A DNA stretch of 64,000 bases from Candidatus Hydrothermarchaeales archaeon (lineage in GTDB: Archaea > Hydrothermarchaeota > Hydrothermarchaeia > Hydrothermarchaeales > JAZGAD01), in contig JAZGAD010000028.1 of NCBI GenBank assembly GCA_036444275.1, positions 27,742 to 91,741 on the forward strand. The letters run 5' to 3'. The position numbers and the translations under genes were made by a program. Shown here in pieces: positions 30,392 to 39,418 of this stretch. Position 1 is the first letter of the stretch. The number at the start of each line of letters is the position of its first letter. The notes under the pieces were generated by a model. The model ran no database searches. It saw only the letters and a list, made by a program, of their open reading frames with translations, and was not told the origin of the DNA.

Positions 30392-31396
30392 ATGAAGGAT
30401 ATAGGAGCTGAACATTCAATTTTCAATGGGCGAAAACTACTCCTCAACTCCAAGGCCTCTACGAACTCTGATTTCGGCTGTCCGCCAGAGGAAAGAGCCG
30501 TAAGGGAGTACATACGTTATGGGATGATAAACCTGGATAAACCAGCTGGCCCAACGTCACATGAGGTTGTCTCATGGGTAAAGAACATTATGGGGCTCAA
30601 AAAGGCGGGTCACGGCGGCACCCTCGATCCCAGGGTTACTGGCGTACTGCCCATTGGCCTAGAGGAATCCACCAAGATAGTTCAAGCATTGCTGCCTGCT
30701 ACTAAAGAATATGTCTGCATAATGCGTCTACATGGGGATACCCCTGAGAAGAGGCTGAAAGAGGTATTTAAGGAATTTACGGGGGAGATACTCCAGAGGC
30801 CTCCAGTGAAGAGTGCCGTCAAGAGGCAGCTCCGAACAAAGGTGATCCACCATCTCAAGCTTCTAGAGGTGCAAGATAGAGATGTCTTATTCACCGTAAA
30901 GTGTGAAGCAGGCACTTATATAAGAAAGTTGTGCCACGACGTAGGGGAAGTCCTTGGATGCGGTGCACACATGTTGGAGTTGAGACGCACCAAAAGCGGC
31001 CCCTTTAAGGAAGAAAGCCTGGTCACACTCCATGACGTGCTCGATGCCTATAGATTTTGGAAGGATAATGGGAGAGAGGACCTCTTGAAGAGGGTGATAG
31101 TTCCGGTGGAAAGTGCCTTAGGTGATACGCCCTTGTTGGCCGTTAGAGATAGCGCTGTAGATGCTCTGTGTCATGGTGCTGATCTAGCCGTGCCTGGAAT
31201 AAGCAAGTTAGATGCAGACATAGATGAAGGGGATATGGTGGGAATCCTTACTCTAAAAGGAGAAATCATTGCGTTAGGAGAAGCAAAGATGAGCACTAAG
31301 GACATCCTGCTGGAGAACTCAGGTATAGCTGTCAAGACCAAGAGGGTGATCATGAAGCCTGGTATCTATCCAAAGATGTGGACGAGCAATGAATGA
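30392..31396 (+). CDS. cbf5: H/ACA RNA-guided pseudouridine synthase Cbf5
   Basis: NLDKP.GPTSHEV, GHGGTLDP, GTYIRKLCHD and a PUA domain. The ATG at 30392 follows the L14e stop. Confidence 0.96.
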   Translation: MKDIGAEHSIFNGRKLLLNSKASTNSDFGCPPEERAVREYIRYGMINLDKPAGPTSHEVVSWVKNIMGLKKAGHGGTLDPRVTGVLPIGLEESTKIVQALLPATKEYVCIMRLHGDTPEKRLKEVFKEFTGEILQRPPVKSAVKRQLRTKVIHHLKLLEVQDRDVLFTVKCEAGTYIRKLCHDVGEVLGCGAHMLELRRTKSGPFKEESLVTLHDVLDAYRFWKDNGREDLLKRVIVPVESALGDTPLLAVRDSAVDALCHGADLAVPGISKLDADIDEGDMVGILTLKGEIIALGEAKMSTKDILLENSGIAVKTKRVIMKPGIYPKMWTSNE

Positions 31397-31979
31397 ACAT
31401 TATTATACAAGAAAGCCGACTTCAAAGCCAAAGGCCGGTATGATAAAGGTCGTCTTGAGGGGAAGACATTATACATTTCTTACCTCCAGTGGGGTATTCT
31501 CTTATAAGCGTATTGACAAGGGCACCGAGCTCCTAGTGGAGAATATGATAATTCGAGGAGGCAGAGTCTTGGATTTAGGATGCGGCTATGGTGTCCTTGG
31601 AATTGTTGCAGCAGAGTTCGCAGAATATGTGCTTCTCACAGAAATCAATTCACGAGCCGCGAAATTAACAATGAATAACCTAAAGCTGAATAGTGTAAGA
31701 AATGCTGAAGTGAGAGAGGGAAACCTATATGAACCTGTGGGTGAGGAAAAATTCGATGCAGTCATATGCAATCTTCCTATGGCCGCTGGCCTAGATACGG
31801 TCTTTAAGATCATAGATGGATCAAAAGAGCATTTGAAGCGAGAGGGAAGCGCCCAGTTCGTGGTCAGAAAGGGAGCTAAGAGAGTAGAAGAGAGGATGCT
31901 GAAAGTATTTGGGAACACTAGGACTCTAGCGAAGGAAGGTGGGTACAGAGTATTTCTCTCTACTGCCGGGGTAGCCTAG
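31389..31979 (+). CDS. RsmC-like (MJ0882 family) class I SAM methyltransferase
   Basis: HYY, SGVFS...ID.GT.LL, LDLGCGYG, NLP and GGYRV motifs. Confidence 0.9.
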   Translation: MNEHYYTRKPTSKPKAGMIKVVLRGRHYTFLTSSGVFSYKRIDKGTELLVENMIIRGGRVLDLGCGYGVLGIVAAEFAEYVLLTEINSRAAKLTMNNLKLNSVRNAEVREGNLYEPVGEEKFDAVICNLPMAAGLDTVFKIIDGSKEHLKREGSAQFVVRKGAKRVEERMLKVFGNTRTLAKEGGYRVFLSTAGVA

Positions 31980-32047
31980 AGGCAAGGCGCCGGCCTTGAG
32001 AGCCGGTTGAGCTCTGCTCATCATGGGTTCAAGTCCCATCCCCGGCG
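31965..32047 (+). tRNA. tRNA-Ser(UGA)
   Basis: GCCGGGG/CCCCGGC acceptor stem, G73, anticodon arm CCGGC-CTTGAGA-GCCGG, long variable arm and GGTTCAAGTCC T arm. Confidence 0.95.
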
Positions 32048-32164
32048 TTCCATAAGAATTAAATGGCACACACGATATACCGATATCTGCAGAGGTAAAA
32101 CAGCTTTCAATCGCTTGACATCTAAATAATTAGAATAGTATCTCTGGATGTAGATGTAGTAACA

Positions 32165-32500
32165 ATGATTGATGCCTATGACTTTGGAAGGATAGTGATT
32201 GATGGCAAGAGATACAATAGGGATGTATTAATCCTAGCAGACAAGGTAAAAGCAGACTGGTGGAGGAAGGAAGGACACCTACTTCAAATAGATGACCTCG
32301 GAGAACTCGTGAAAGAAGAGCTTGAAGTCCTCGTTATAGGCACTGGTTATTCTGGATGTATGCAGATTTCGCCAGAGGTCGTAGACTATTTTCATTCGAA
32401 GAGCATCGAGTTAGTAGTTAAAAATACGAAGGACGCCTGCAAAATCTTCGATGAACTTCAGACAGACAGAAAAGCAGCTGCCTTCCACTTAACCTGCTAA
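32165..32500 (+). CDS. Mth938-like (DUF498) protein
   Basis: Y.FG.IVIDG..Y..D, WWR.EGH, L.IGTG and C-terminal HLTC motifs. Confidence 0.9.
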   Translation: MIDAYDFGRIVIDGKRYNRDVLILADKVKADWWRKEGHLLQIDDLGELVKEELEVLVIGTGYSGCMQISPEVVDYFHSKSIELVVKNTKDACKIFDELQTDRKAAAFHLTC

Positions 32501-32522
32501 TAGCCTCTTGAAGGTGCAACGG

Positions 32523-33185
32523 CTATAGCTTCCGATTTCCACCGCAGAATTTTGTAATATAATCCACGGCTACCCTTCTTGTATTTCTCAGTATCTCACC
32601 GTCTATACCTGGAACACCGCAGATCAGTAGGAGGACGTTCCGGGTATGCAAGGTGATCTTTGTAGTATCTGCATCCCGATAGGGGTATATGGCGACAAGC
32701 TTTCTTCCATCTGAGACAACCACCTCGTTTCCCTTTAGTATTAACGGCCTGTCCATCCCTATCCCAAGAAACTCCTCCCCTTCCTCAGCGAGCCTCATAA
32801 GCAACTTCCCTTCGATTTTATCACTATCAAAGGCGGCTATAGCTATCTTGGTCTCTATGGATGCGAGGTTATAGGCATCTACAAGAGTATTGATGGTAGG
32901 CAGAGGTTTACCCCTTAAGATGCGCCTAATAAGGGCTTCAGCAGCAGGTCTTACCTTCGTAGGGTCTATGCCAACGCGCCAAAAGAAGTTGCGATACACC
33001 CTGAAGATTGGGAGGTCCTTCAGTTCAGCTAGGTTGTATCTTTCCTTTACTCTCTGAGTGACCTCCTCCTTAAAGCTTTCAAGATCTCTGTTTTCTCTCT
33101 CCACCCTCACTCCCGTAATCTCCTCCACTAAGGCCTTGAGATCAGGAAATTCTTCCTCCAGCATTGAAGAAATATCTAAAGACAT
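32523..33185 (-). CDS. B3/4-domain (PheRS-beta-related) protein, putative tRNA editing factor
   Basis: YR.FFW..GIDPTK.RP..EALIRR, INTLVDAYNLAS and YPYRDA..TKI motifs. Confidence 0.9.
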   Translation of the reverse strand: MSLDISSMLEEEFPDLKALVEEITGVRVERENRDLESFKEEVTQRVKERYNLAELKDLPIFRVYRNFFWRVGIDPTKVRPAAEALIRRILRGKPLPTINTLVDAYNLASIETKIAIAAFDSDKIEGKLLMRLAEEGEEFLGIGMDRPLILKGNEVVVSDGRKLVAIYPYRDADTTKITLHTRNVLLLICGVPGIDGEILRNTRRVAVDYITKFCGGNRKL

Positions 33186-33290
33186 ATAGCTTAGATTTAG
33201 TAAACTTGGCCTAATAAATTTCTGGTTTGGATTTTCAAAATAAATCAGAATCTATATACCAGCAAGCACTAAAGAGCTGACCTGGACACT

Positions 33291-33626
33291 TCAGCTGGGC
33301 ACCTCTACTTCCTTCAGGCTGAAAAAAGCCACAGAGTCGCCTATCATGCCGTTGTCCACGGAGAACTCAAACCTTATCCTAACCAAATCAAGGAGCCTAT
33401 CGATATCTTCCGGTTCTAGTACTTCTAATCTCTCGATAATTGCTTCGTAACCGAATTTATCCTTAAGCCAAGCGGCACATAATCTCTTCAGTCGCTCCGT
33501 CTTCCTATCACTATCTTCAAGGTATTTTATATGAAGGGACGGCACGAACCATCCATCTTGCTCTACTGCCCTATCCTTAAGCTCTCCCCATTCCTCCTCA
33601 GTCAACTGGAGAATATCACTCCCCAT
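33291..33626 (-). CDS. Hypothetical protein
   Basis: 111-aa ORF with a strong SD (GGAGGTG) and AT-rich upstream region; no recognised motif. Confidence 0.6.
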   Translation of the reverse strand: MGSDILQLTEEEWGELKDRAVEQDGWFVPSLHIKYLEDSDRKTERLKRLCAAWLKDKFGYEAIIERLEVLEPEDIDRLLDLVRIRFEFSVDNGMIGDSVAFFSLKEVEVPS

Positions 33627-33809
33627 TAATCCACCTCCAAAATTGTATTTTCCTATAATATGCTTGGTATATATAATTTTCTATTTGTGTTATTCAATTT
33701 CCACTGGAAAAAGATTAAAAATATTAAGAAATTTCAAAATAAAATATGGAAAATCAAAATAGTAAGATTAATATAGGGATATATCCAAATAAGTTCTTGC
33801 GGTTAGAGC

Positions 33810-34244
33810 ATGCTAGGGAAGGACCGAGAGATAATTAGAAGGCTTATGGAAGATCCAAGGACAAGTTTCTCAAAAATAGCAAGAGATCTTGGTATTTCCT
33901 CAGAGTCAATTAGGCAGAGGGTGAAGCAGATGCGGAGGGAAGGAAAGCTGAAATTTTATTGTGTCGCAAATGGCAGGCTGTTCGATAAGCGGAGGATTAC
34001 CATGATCCTTTCGGTTCCCCTCCATGAAAAAACATTGGTAATAGAGAAGCTGAAGGCGCTTCCAACTACTCTAGAGATACATTCCGGGGTGCTGAAGGAG
34101 GCAGTGATACTGGATATAATCTCTCAAGATTTGGATAAGGATACCCACGAATTGCTGAAAAATTTAGAGAAGTTAGGCGTTGAAGTAAAGGAGATGTTTG
34201 AATCAGAACTGGTTCACTTCGACCCTACAGGGATACTCGACTGA
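33810..34244 (+). CDS. Lrp/AsnC-family transcriptional regulator
   Basis: D.EII..L.ED.RTSFS.IA..LG.S.ESIRQRV..M...G HTH followed by a RAM-like domain. Confidence 0.88.
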   Translation: MLGKDREIIRRLMEDPRTSFSKIARDLGISSESIRQRVKQMRREGKLKFYCVANGRLFDKRRITMILSVPLHEKTLVIEKLKALPTTLEIHSGVLKEAVILDIISQDLDKDTHELLKNLEKLGVEVKEMFESELVHFDPTGILD

Positions 34245-34289
34245 AAACAAGTTTGCAGGTAATATGAATTTTCTTTTCTTATGCGATAT

Positions 34290-37200
34290 CTACATACTGA
34301 CGCCTGTAGTGTAGACAATAGCGTCGAAAAACACCTTTAAGAATCTGGGGATTTTTAGCACAGCTCCGAAGGGCGTTATCTTTATTCCACCTGTTAAGAC
34401 CATAGCTGTCAATCGTGCTCCAAATACCGGGGCAGCGACAACCAAGTCGACTGGACCTTCAGCATTCTTCAGCCTGCCTTCCCACCAGTTCCGGAGCTTC
34501 ATAAGGGAAGCGAAGTCTGCCTTTATGTAGATGTTGTCCCCACTATTACCGGCTCCATCAGCTATATTGTATCTTGCCCAAGCCAGCTTCCCGTTTTCTG
34601 TTCTAAAGGAGAATTCGAATATAGCATCTCCCTTGTGCGTGATCCTAACAGAAGTAGTGGTATCACTCCATTCCCTGATCGCTTCTTGTATAGCTGGGAA
34701 GTTTTCTATGCCCAAATTCAGCTCGTTGATCATCTCGTCTATAATCCCCGCTTCCTGTGCCTCAAGCCACTTGGCCTTAAGCTCCTCAGCAAGCCTCAGA
34801 ATCTCAGCGTCAGTAAGAGATACCTTGAGCTTGAGCCTGGGTTTTATACCGTCGATCTTCAACCTCTCGCCGCCGACACCTCTACTCGACCTAGCCAACT
34901 TCCTTTCGATCTTAATTTCCCCTTCCCTACGTCTCATATCCTCTATCCGTCTCTCCTTCTCCTCCAGCACTTTGAGCCTCTCTTCTCTAATCTCCGCCGC
35001 AACATCCTCTGGCATAACTTCAACCTCTACCTCTCTCTCAATTTCACGGGGAAGTGAAGGCGTCTCTATCGTGGCTACAGCTTCTTCGATTTTCTCCCTA
35101 GGGATAGGTGAGGGAGGAGGAGTCGAAGGCATCAATACCATCCCCTCTTCAGTTATCTCCACATCCGCCCTCAGCATCTTGGCCTTCTTCTTGGTTACTA
35201 TCTGAGGCGGAGGTAAGCGTATCTCTGGCTTCTCAACCCTTACAGCAGGAGCATATCGTAAGGGTCTTATGCTAAGGCCTCCCTCGAACTTGTATTCGAA
35301 ATCATCCTCCCAAATCTTGAGGTCGACATGGTCTGTCTCTACTTCTACCTTTAGAGACGTGAATTCCGGGAAGGCTTCGCCTGATATCGCCGCGAGATAT
35401 GCAATCTCAGTGTCGTAGCCCTCTAAGGTGAAGTACAGCTCGTTGATCGACCTCCTCAACTCAGCGGCTCCAATACTCCCTGCCTCGTAGGCGTCTATCC
35501 TTTCCTTTATCTTTTCTTTCGAGAGGGAATTTACGACATCAGCCCTCTTCTCGATGAGCTTCTGTAGGCGCACCTTGGTCTGCTCTTTTTCATAGCGCTT
35601 GAAGGCAGAGTTTATCTTCTCTGCGAGAGCATCATCCATACTCTTCCACTGTACCTCTATATTTACCTCCAGATCCCGGCCCTTCTCCTTCGCTTCCCTC
35701 ACGAACGGAGGCACAAATGTCTCGAAATAAACGATATTGACGTCATAGGCACTGGTGGTGCAGACCATGACGCTTCTCACTGCATCTGCCCTCTTGTCAT
35801 AGGAGTGATACCCTTGGCTCTCGGCTAGAGCTATGCCTATAATGTCCTCTTTTTCTGCTTTATCTAGGAGGTCATTGAGTTCATCCTTCTTTAGGAGCAT
35901 GCTATACAGGAATTTCCCTGGCGATATATCCTCCTGGCAGCTTGTCTTTATACCGGAGATCATGTTCACCAGCTCCCCTTCGATCTGCTGGTCCCCTGTG
36001 GAATAGGAGTCCTTCGCCGCTATAATGCGTGTTAAAACTTCACTCAGATCCTTTTCACGCTGCTCTCTCCAGAAATGCTCATTAGCCCTCTCGATATCCT
36101 TTCTCACACTCTCCCAGTTCCTCCAGCGAATGCTCAGATCCAGTGCGCATTCCTGTCTTTCCTTGCACCATGCCCCTATACCAGTAATGATGTCATCTTT
36201 ATCGGATAATAGGTCCCTCCAGTCTGCTATGCTTATCTCGCCGGTCTCATAATCGTACTTCATATGGGGTAGTGGGCTGTCTTCACCCAGATCCGAGATC
36301 ATTATGTAGTCCCTTATGTCTTGGTCGAGCTTCTTCATGCGCTGATTCAACTCAAGCCTACGTAGCTCAACATCGTAGGTCGTAACCTCATCCCTCCGGT
36401 ATTTTTTGACCAGGATGATGAAATCCCTGACATTTCCCACCAACAAATCCGCATCCTTTCCTGGATGGAGATCGCCCCTGATTTTAGCGACGAGCTCTTT
36501 CCGCCGGCGTTGCTCAGCATCTTCCCAGGCATCCCGTTCAGCTTGCCTGATGACTTCCTTCTGACTTTTGGAGAGTTCTCCCATGTCTAAGTGGATGAAG
36601 AAATCACCCTCGTCTCTCTTCTCATCGTACCATCGGTTGAATGCGAACCTAGCTCTCTTCCCCTCGTGTATTATGAGGCCGTGCCCAACTTCAAGGTCTC
36701 CGTACTCATCCTTCCAGATATCAGGAACACCAGGACCATTTAAAATAACATATATGCCTATCTTCCTAGAGTCCTTCCGGTGGGCCTGAGACATCCCCTG
36801 AACCTCGGAGTTAAGGAGGATGTAGTCGTAGTAGAGTTTGTATAGATCTCCCCCGGTATTCTCGAAGTCCACGAGTTTTGCCTCGAACCCTGTGGTCTTC
36901 CCTACGATGGCCTTGCCTACCGCTTCCTGCTCAGAGGTGAAGCTGTAACGCTTCTTAGCCTCTATAAGGAGCTTCTGCTTCCTGAGCCTCTCAGCCTTCT
37001 TCCACGCGTCTTCTTCGGCTCTCTTGACAGCTTCCCTATAGGCATCGTTATCGAATATGCTGGGTCGCCAGTTGAGATTAATGGACATGAATCCCGTACC
37101 GGTGATCTTGCTGATTTCCTCCGGTGTTCCAATGGGCACGGGCTCCGGCGTCCCCCTTGGAGTGATCGCAATGAATGGCTCTCCAGCGGTGGTGTAGACA

Positions 37201-38705
37201 ACCTCCTTGCATCCCCAGTTGAAATTCAGACTAGCGGGCTCTTCCGTGTATATGTTCTTCCACTCTATGAGGCGCAGCTTTCCGTATTCATCTTCCCCAA
37301 GTTCAACCGTACCAGGGGTGTATATCATAATATAAGAGGCGATCGGATCCAGATCGTCGCACCTCAATGCATCGCCTAATCCATTCACCTTGGCTCTGAG
37401 CAGGGCAGACTTGTACTGGAGGCCATATATGCTATCGGCGGAGGGGGAGAAGCCATTCAACTCGTCTACTATTCCAGTGACCTCTTCCACCACGTCCTTT
37501 GCTATCTCCTCGTTTTCATCGCTTATGGTGAAGGTATTCAGATATTTCTGTATTTTTTCATCCATCTCAGCTCTACGCACTTCCTCCCGGGCATCATTCC
37601 ACGCCCGGTTTATAGCATCCTGGTAGGTCTTACGGCTGGTCTCGTCCCAATTAATGTGTATCCAAAAACCCGCTTTCTTCTCAAGCCTATCTACGTGGCG
37701 GTTGAAGTTTACTGAGAACCATTCCCTCGTGGAGCTCTCATAGACCGTCAATCCAGCCAGGTTCACATCCCCAAATTCATCTTCCCAGACCTGTGGAGTA
37801 CCCGAGCCGTGTTTGACGACATACGCGGTGGCATCCCTTATAACTCCGTAGTCATAGTCCCTATATCCCTCAGTTTTCATTTCGGCCGTGGCTGCTGCGT
37901 AGGCAAGGGCATAAGCGGAATCAGAGGATGGGGAGGAATCGAAGGCGGATGCGTGGGTCCGCAGGTCATTGAGCAGGGCAATGAGTTCTTTAGCTATCCT
38001 TTCGCTCTCTCCTGAAACTGTTACGCTCACCCTATCCAACATCTCCCGCTTCCGCTGCTCATCCTCCCACTCCCAGAAGTCCCTCCTAGCCCTTTCAACA
38101 TCTAACTTTTGGTCTTCAGTGAGGCTGAAGGTACGCCAATTGATATTGAGGTCAGAATATGCGTTGATATTCCCGGAGGGATCCTCGTATCTGTTGAGGC
38201 TGAAGTGGAGCTTTTGGGGGATCATCTCCTTCCAATTGTTGATGTGGATAGTGGTACCATCTGTCCAGTAGTTTGGCTCCCCCTTGGATTTGATCATGAT
38301 GTAATCCTGGACTTCTTTCCAGTCGCTTTTGCTTATGTCGAAAAGGGACTGTAGTGGTTTTCGTATCATATAGGCGCTTTTCATGCACTCAAAATTCATA
38401 GAATAGTAATCTGTATCCAGGACCAAGTTGTAGCATGTGTCTGCCAAAGTTACAATACTACCTGCTATGCCTTGCTCTTCAGAACTCAAGCTCAATCCAT
38501 TAAGATGGCTCTGGAGGTCGGATTCAGGCATAGGCGTAGCTACCGGGGGAGGGGTAGTCTCAGGGGGCACAGTAGGAATCACTGTTGGAATCGGAGTCGG
38601 AGTGGGTGTTGGGGTAGGTGTGACTCCAGCGTTTGCATCTACAGTTGCAGATGCATTTGGAATCAGAATCAGCAGGCATAATAAGATCACAATTGCGTTC
38701 TTCAT
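34290..38705 (-). CDS. 1471-aa secreted protein: signal peptide, Pro/Thr linker, about six ~160-aa repeats, charged linker, SCP2-like C-terminal domain
   Basis: Signal peptide MKNAIVILLCLLILIPNASA, (TP)n linker, and recurring I/LxI/LNW...RA..(A/F)W and W.DE(Y/F)G motifs. Confidence 0.8.
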   Translation of the reverse strand: MKNAIVILLCLLILIPNASATVDANAGVTPTPTPTPTPIPTVIPTVPPETTPPPVATPMPESDLQSHLNGLSLSSEEQGIAGSIVTLADTCYNLVLDTDYYSMNFECMKSAYMIRKPLQSLFDISKSDWKEVQDYIMIKSKGEPNYWTDGTTIHINNWKEMIPQKLHFSLNRYEDPSGNINAYSDLNINWRTFSLTEDQKLDVERARRDFWEWEDEQRKREMLDRVSVTVSGESERIAKELIALLNDLRTHASAFDSSPSSDSAYALAYAAATAEMKTEGYRDYDYGVIRDATAYVVKHGSGTPQVWEDEFGDVNLAGLTVYESSTREWFSVNFNRHVDRLEKKAGFWIHINWDETSRKTYQDAINRAWNDAREEVRRAEMDEKIQKYLNTFTISDENEEIAKDVVEEVTGIVDELNGFSPSADSIYGLQYKSALLRAKVNGLGDALRCDDLDPIASYIMIYTPGTVELGEDEYGKLRLIEWKNIYTEEPASLNFNWGCKEVVYTTAGEPFIAITPRGTPEPVPIGTPEEISKITGTGFMSINLNWRPSIFDNDAYREAVKRAEEDAWKKAERLRKQKLLIEAKKRYSFTSEQEAVGKAIVGKTTGFEAKLVDFENTGGDLYKLYYDYILLNSEVQGMSQAHRKDSRKIGIYVILNGPGVPDIWKDEYGDLEVGHGLIIHEGKRARFAFNRWYDEKRDEGDFFIHLDMGELSKSQKEVIRQAERDAWEDAEQRRRKELVAKIRGDLHPGKDADLLVGNVRDFIILVKKYRRDEVTTYDVELRRLELNQRMKKLDQDIRDYIMISDLGEDSPLPHMKYDYETGEISIADWRDLLSDKDDIITGIGAWCKERQECALDLSIRWRNWESVRKDIERANEHFWREQREKDLSEVLTRIIAAKDSYSTGDQQIEGELVNMISGIKTSCQEDISPGKFLYSMLLKKDELNDLLDKAEKEDIIGIALAESQGYHSYDKRADAVRSVMVCTTSAYDVNIVYFETFVPPFVREAKEKGRDLEVNIEVQWKSMDDALAEKINSAFKRYEKEQTKVRLQKLIEKRADVVNSLSKEKIKERIDAYEAGSIGAAELRRSINELYFTLEGYDTEIAYLAAISGEAFPEFTSLKVEVETDHVDLKIWEDDFEYKFEGGLSIRPLRYAPAVRVEKPEIRLPPPQIVTKKKAKMLRADVEITEEGMVLMPSTPPPSPIPREKIEEAVATIETPSLPREIEREVEVEVMPEDVAAEIREERLKVLEEKERRIEDMRRREGEIKIERKLARSSRGVGGERLKIDGIKPRLKLKVSLTDAEILRLAEELKAKWLEAQEAGIIDEMINELNLGIENFPAIQEAIREWSDTTTSVRITHKGDAIFEFSFRTENGKLAWARYNIADGAGNSGDNIYIKADFASLMKLRNWWEGRLKNAEGPVDLVVAAPVFGARLTAMVLTGGIKITPFGAVLKIPRFLKVFFDAIVYTTGVSM

Positions 38706-38731
38706 TCTTACCCCTTTCTAGAGGGAGATGT

Positions 38732-38782
38732 TATAATACATATTATATAACTATTGGCTAAACTTCGAATTAAATCGAAGTT
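38732..38782 (-). promoter_or_regulatory. Promoter of the giant gene with two inverted repeats
   Basis: TATA (TTATATAAT, - strand, 38750-38742); IR TATAATA-ca-TATTATA at 38732-38747; IR AACTTCGA-6-TCGAAGTT at 38761-38782. Confidence 0.45.
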
Positions 38783-38961
38783 AATAGAAGCTAAATCTTT
38801 ATTTGAAGGTTTTAGCCGACGGAAAGGTAGAAACGAACGAGGACACAATGATGGAGTACCTGAAGCAAAGGCGAGTGAAAGCAATTTAGCTGATTTTAGA
38901 GAATTTTTGATGCCGAAACTATCTCTCTCACACAGAGGGATTACGTTTTCATGGATGGGAG

Positions 38962-39070
38962 CGCCGGGGATGGGATTTGAACCCATGAGTTCCAAAAGGA
39001 ACACAGGCTTCCTGTCCACTGAATACTATGAATTCCAGGCCTGCGCCATACCGGACTAGGCTACCCCGGC
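38962..39070 (-). tRNA. tRNA-Ser(GGA) with 23-nt intron at 37/38 (39010-39032)
   Basis: GCCGGGG/CCCCGGC acceptor stem, CAGGC-CTGGAA[intron]A-GCCTG anticodon arm, long variable arm and GGTTCAAATCC. Confidence 0.93.
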
Positions 39071-39096
39071 AAACAGAAAAAAGTATATCCCCCCAG

Positions 39097-39405
39097 CTAA
39101 GTTTTCAGTTCGATTTCAATGTTAACGCCGTCAGGCACTCTGACGCGCATTATCTGCCTCATAGTACGCTCGTTGGCTTCAATGTCTATGAGGCGCTTGT
39201 GAATCCTCATCTCCCACCTCTCCCAAGTAGCTGTGCCATCACCCGAGGGGGATTTCCTAACTGGAACCCGCAGTTTATGTGTTGGCAGAGGGATAGGCCC
39301 TGACATATCCACGCCAGTTTTCTGAGCTATCTCCCTAACCTGAGAGCATACATCCTCGAGTTTTCTATGATCCAAACCACTTAACTTGATCCTTGCCTTC
39401 TGCAT
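39097..39405 (-). CDS. rps10: 30S ribosomal protein S10
   Basis: ARIKL.G, GPIPLPT, RKSP.G.G..TW and [10 protein letters not shown] motifs. Confidence 0.98.
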   Translation of the reverse strand: MQKARIKLSGLDHRKLEDVCSQVREIAQKTGVDMSGPIPLPTHKLRVPVRKSPSGDGTATWERWEMRIHKRLIDIEANERTMRQIMRVRVPDGVNIEIELKT

Positions 39406-39418
39406 CTCCCTGAATCAC

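Noticed and set aside
31965-32047. tRNA-Sec or opal suppressor (TGA in the anticodon loop)
   Set aside because: The anticodon is 5'-UGA-3', which reads UCA (Ser), and the acceptor stem is 7 bp; tRNA-Sec needs UCA.
32048-38961. Integrated provirus or mobile element at tRNA-Ser
   Set aside because: There is no integrase or transposase and no direct att repeat; the second tRNA-like copy is a complete tRNA on the opposite strand.
38708-39303. ORFs 38708-39019, 38754-39059 and 39028-39303
   Set aside because: They overlap the tRNA-Ser(GGA), the promoter or rps10 and have no protein motifs.
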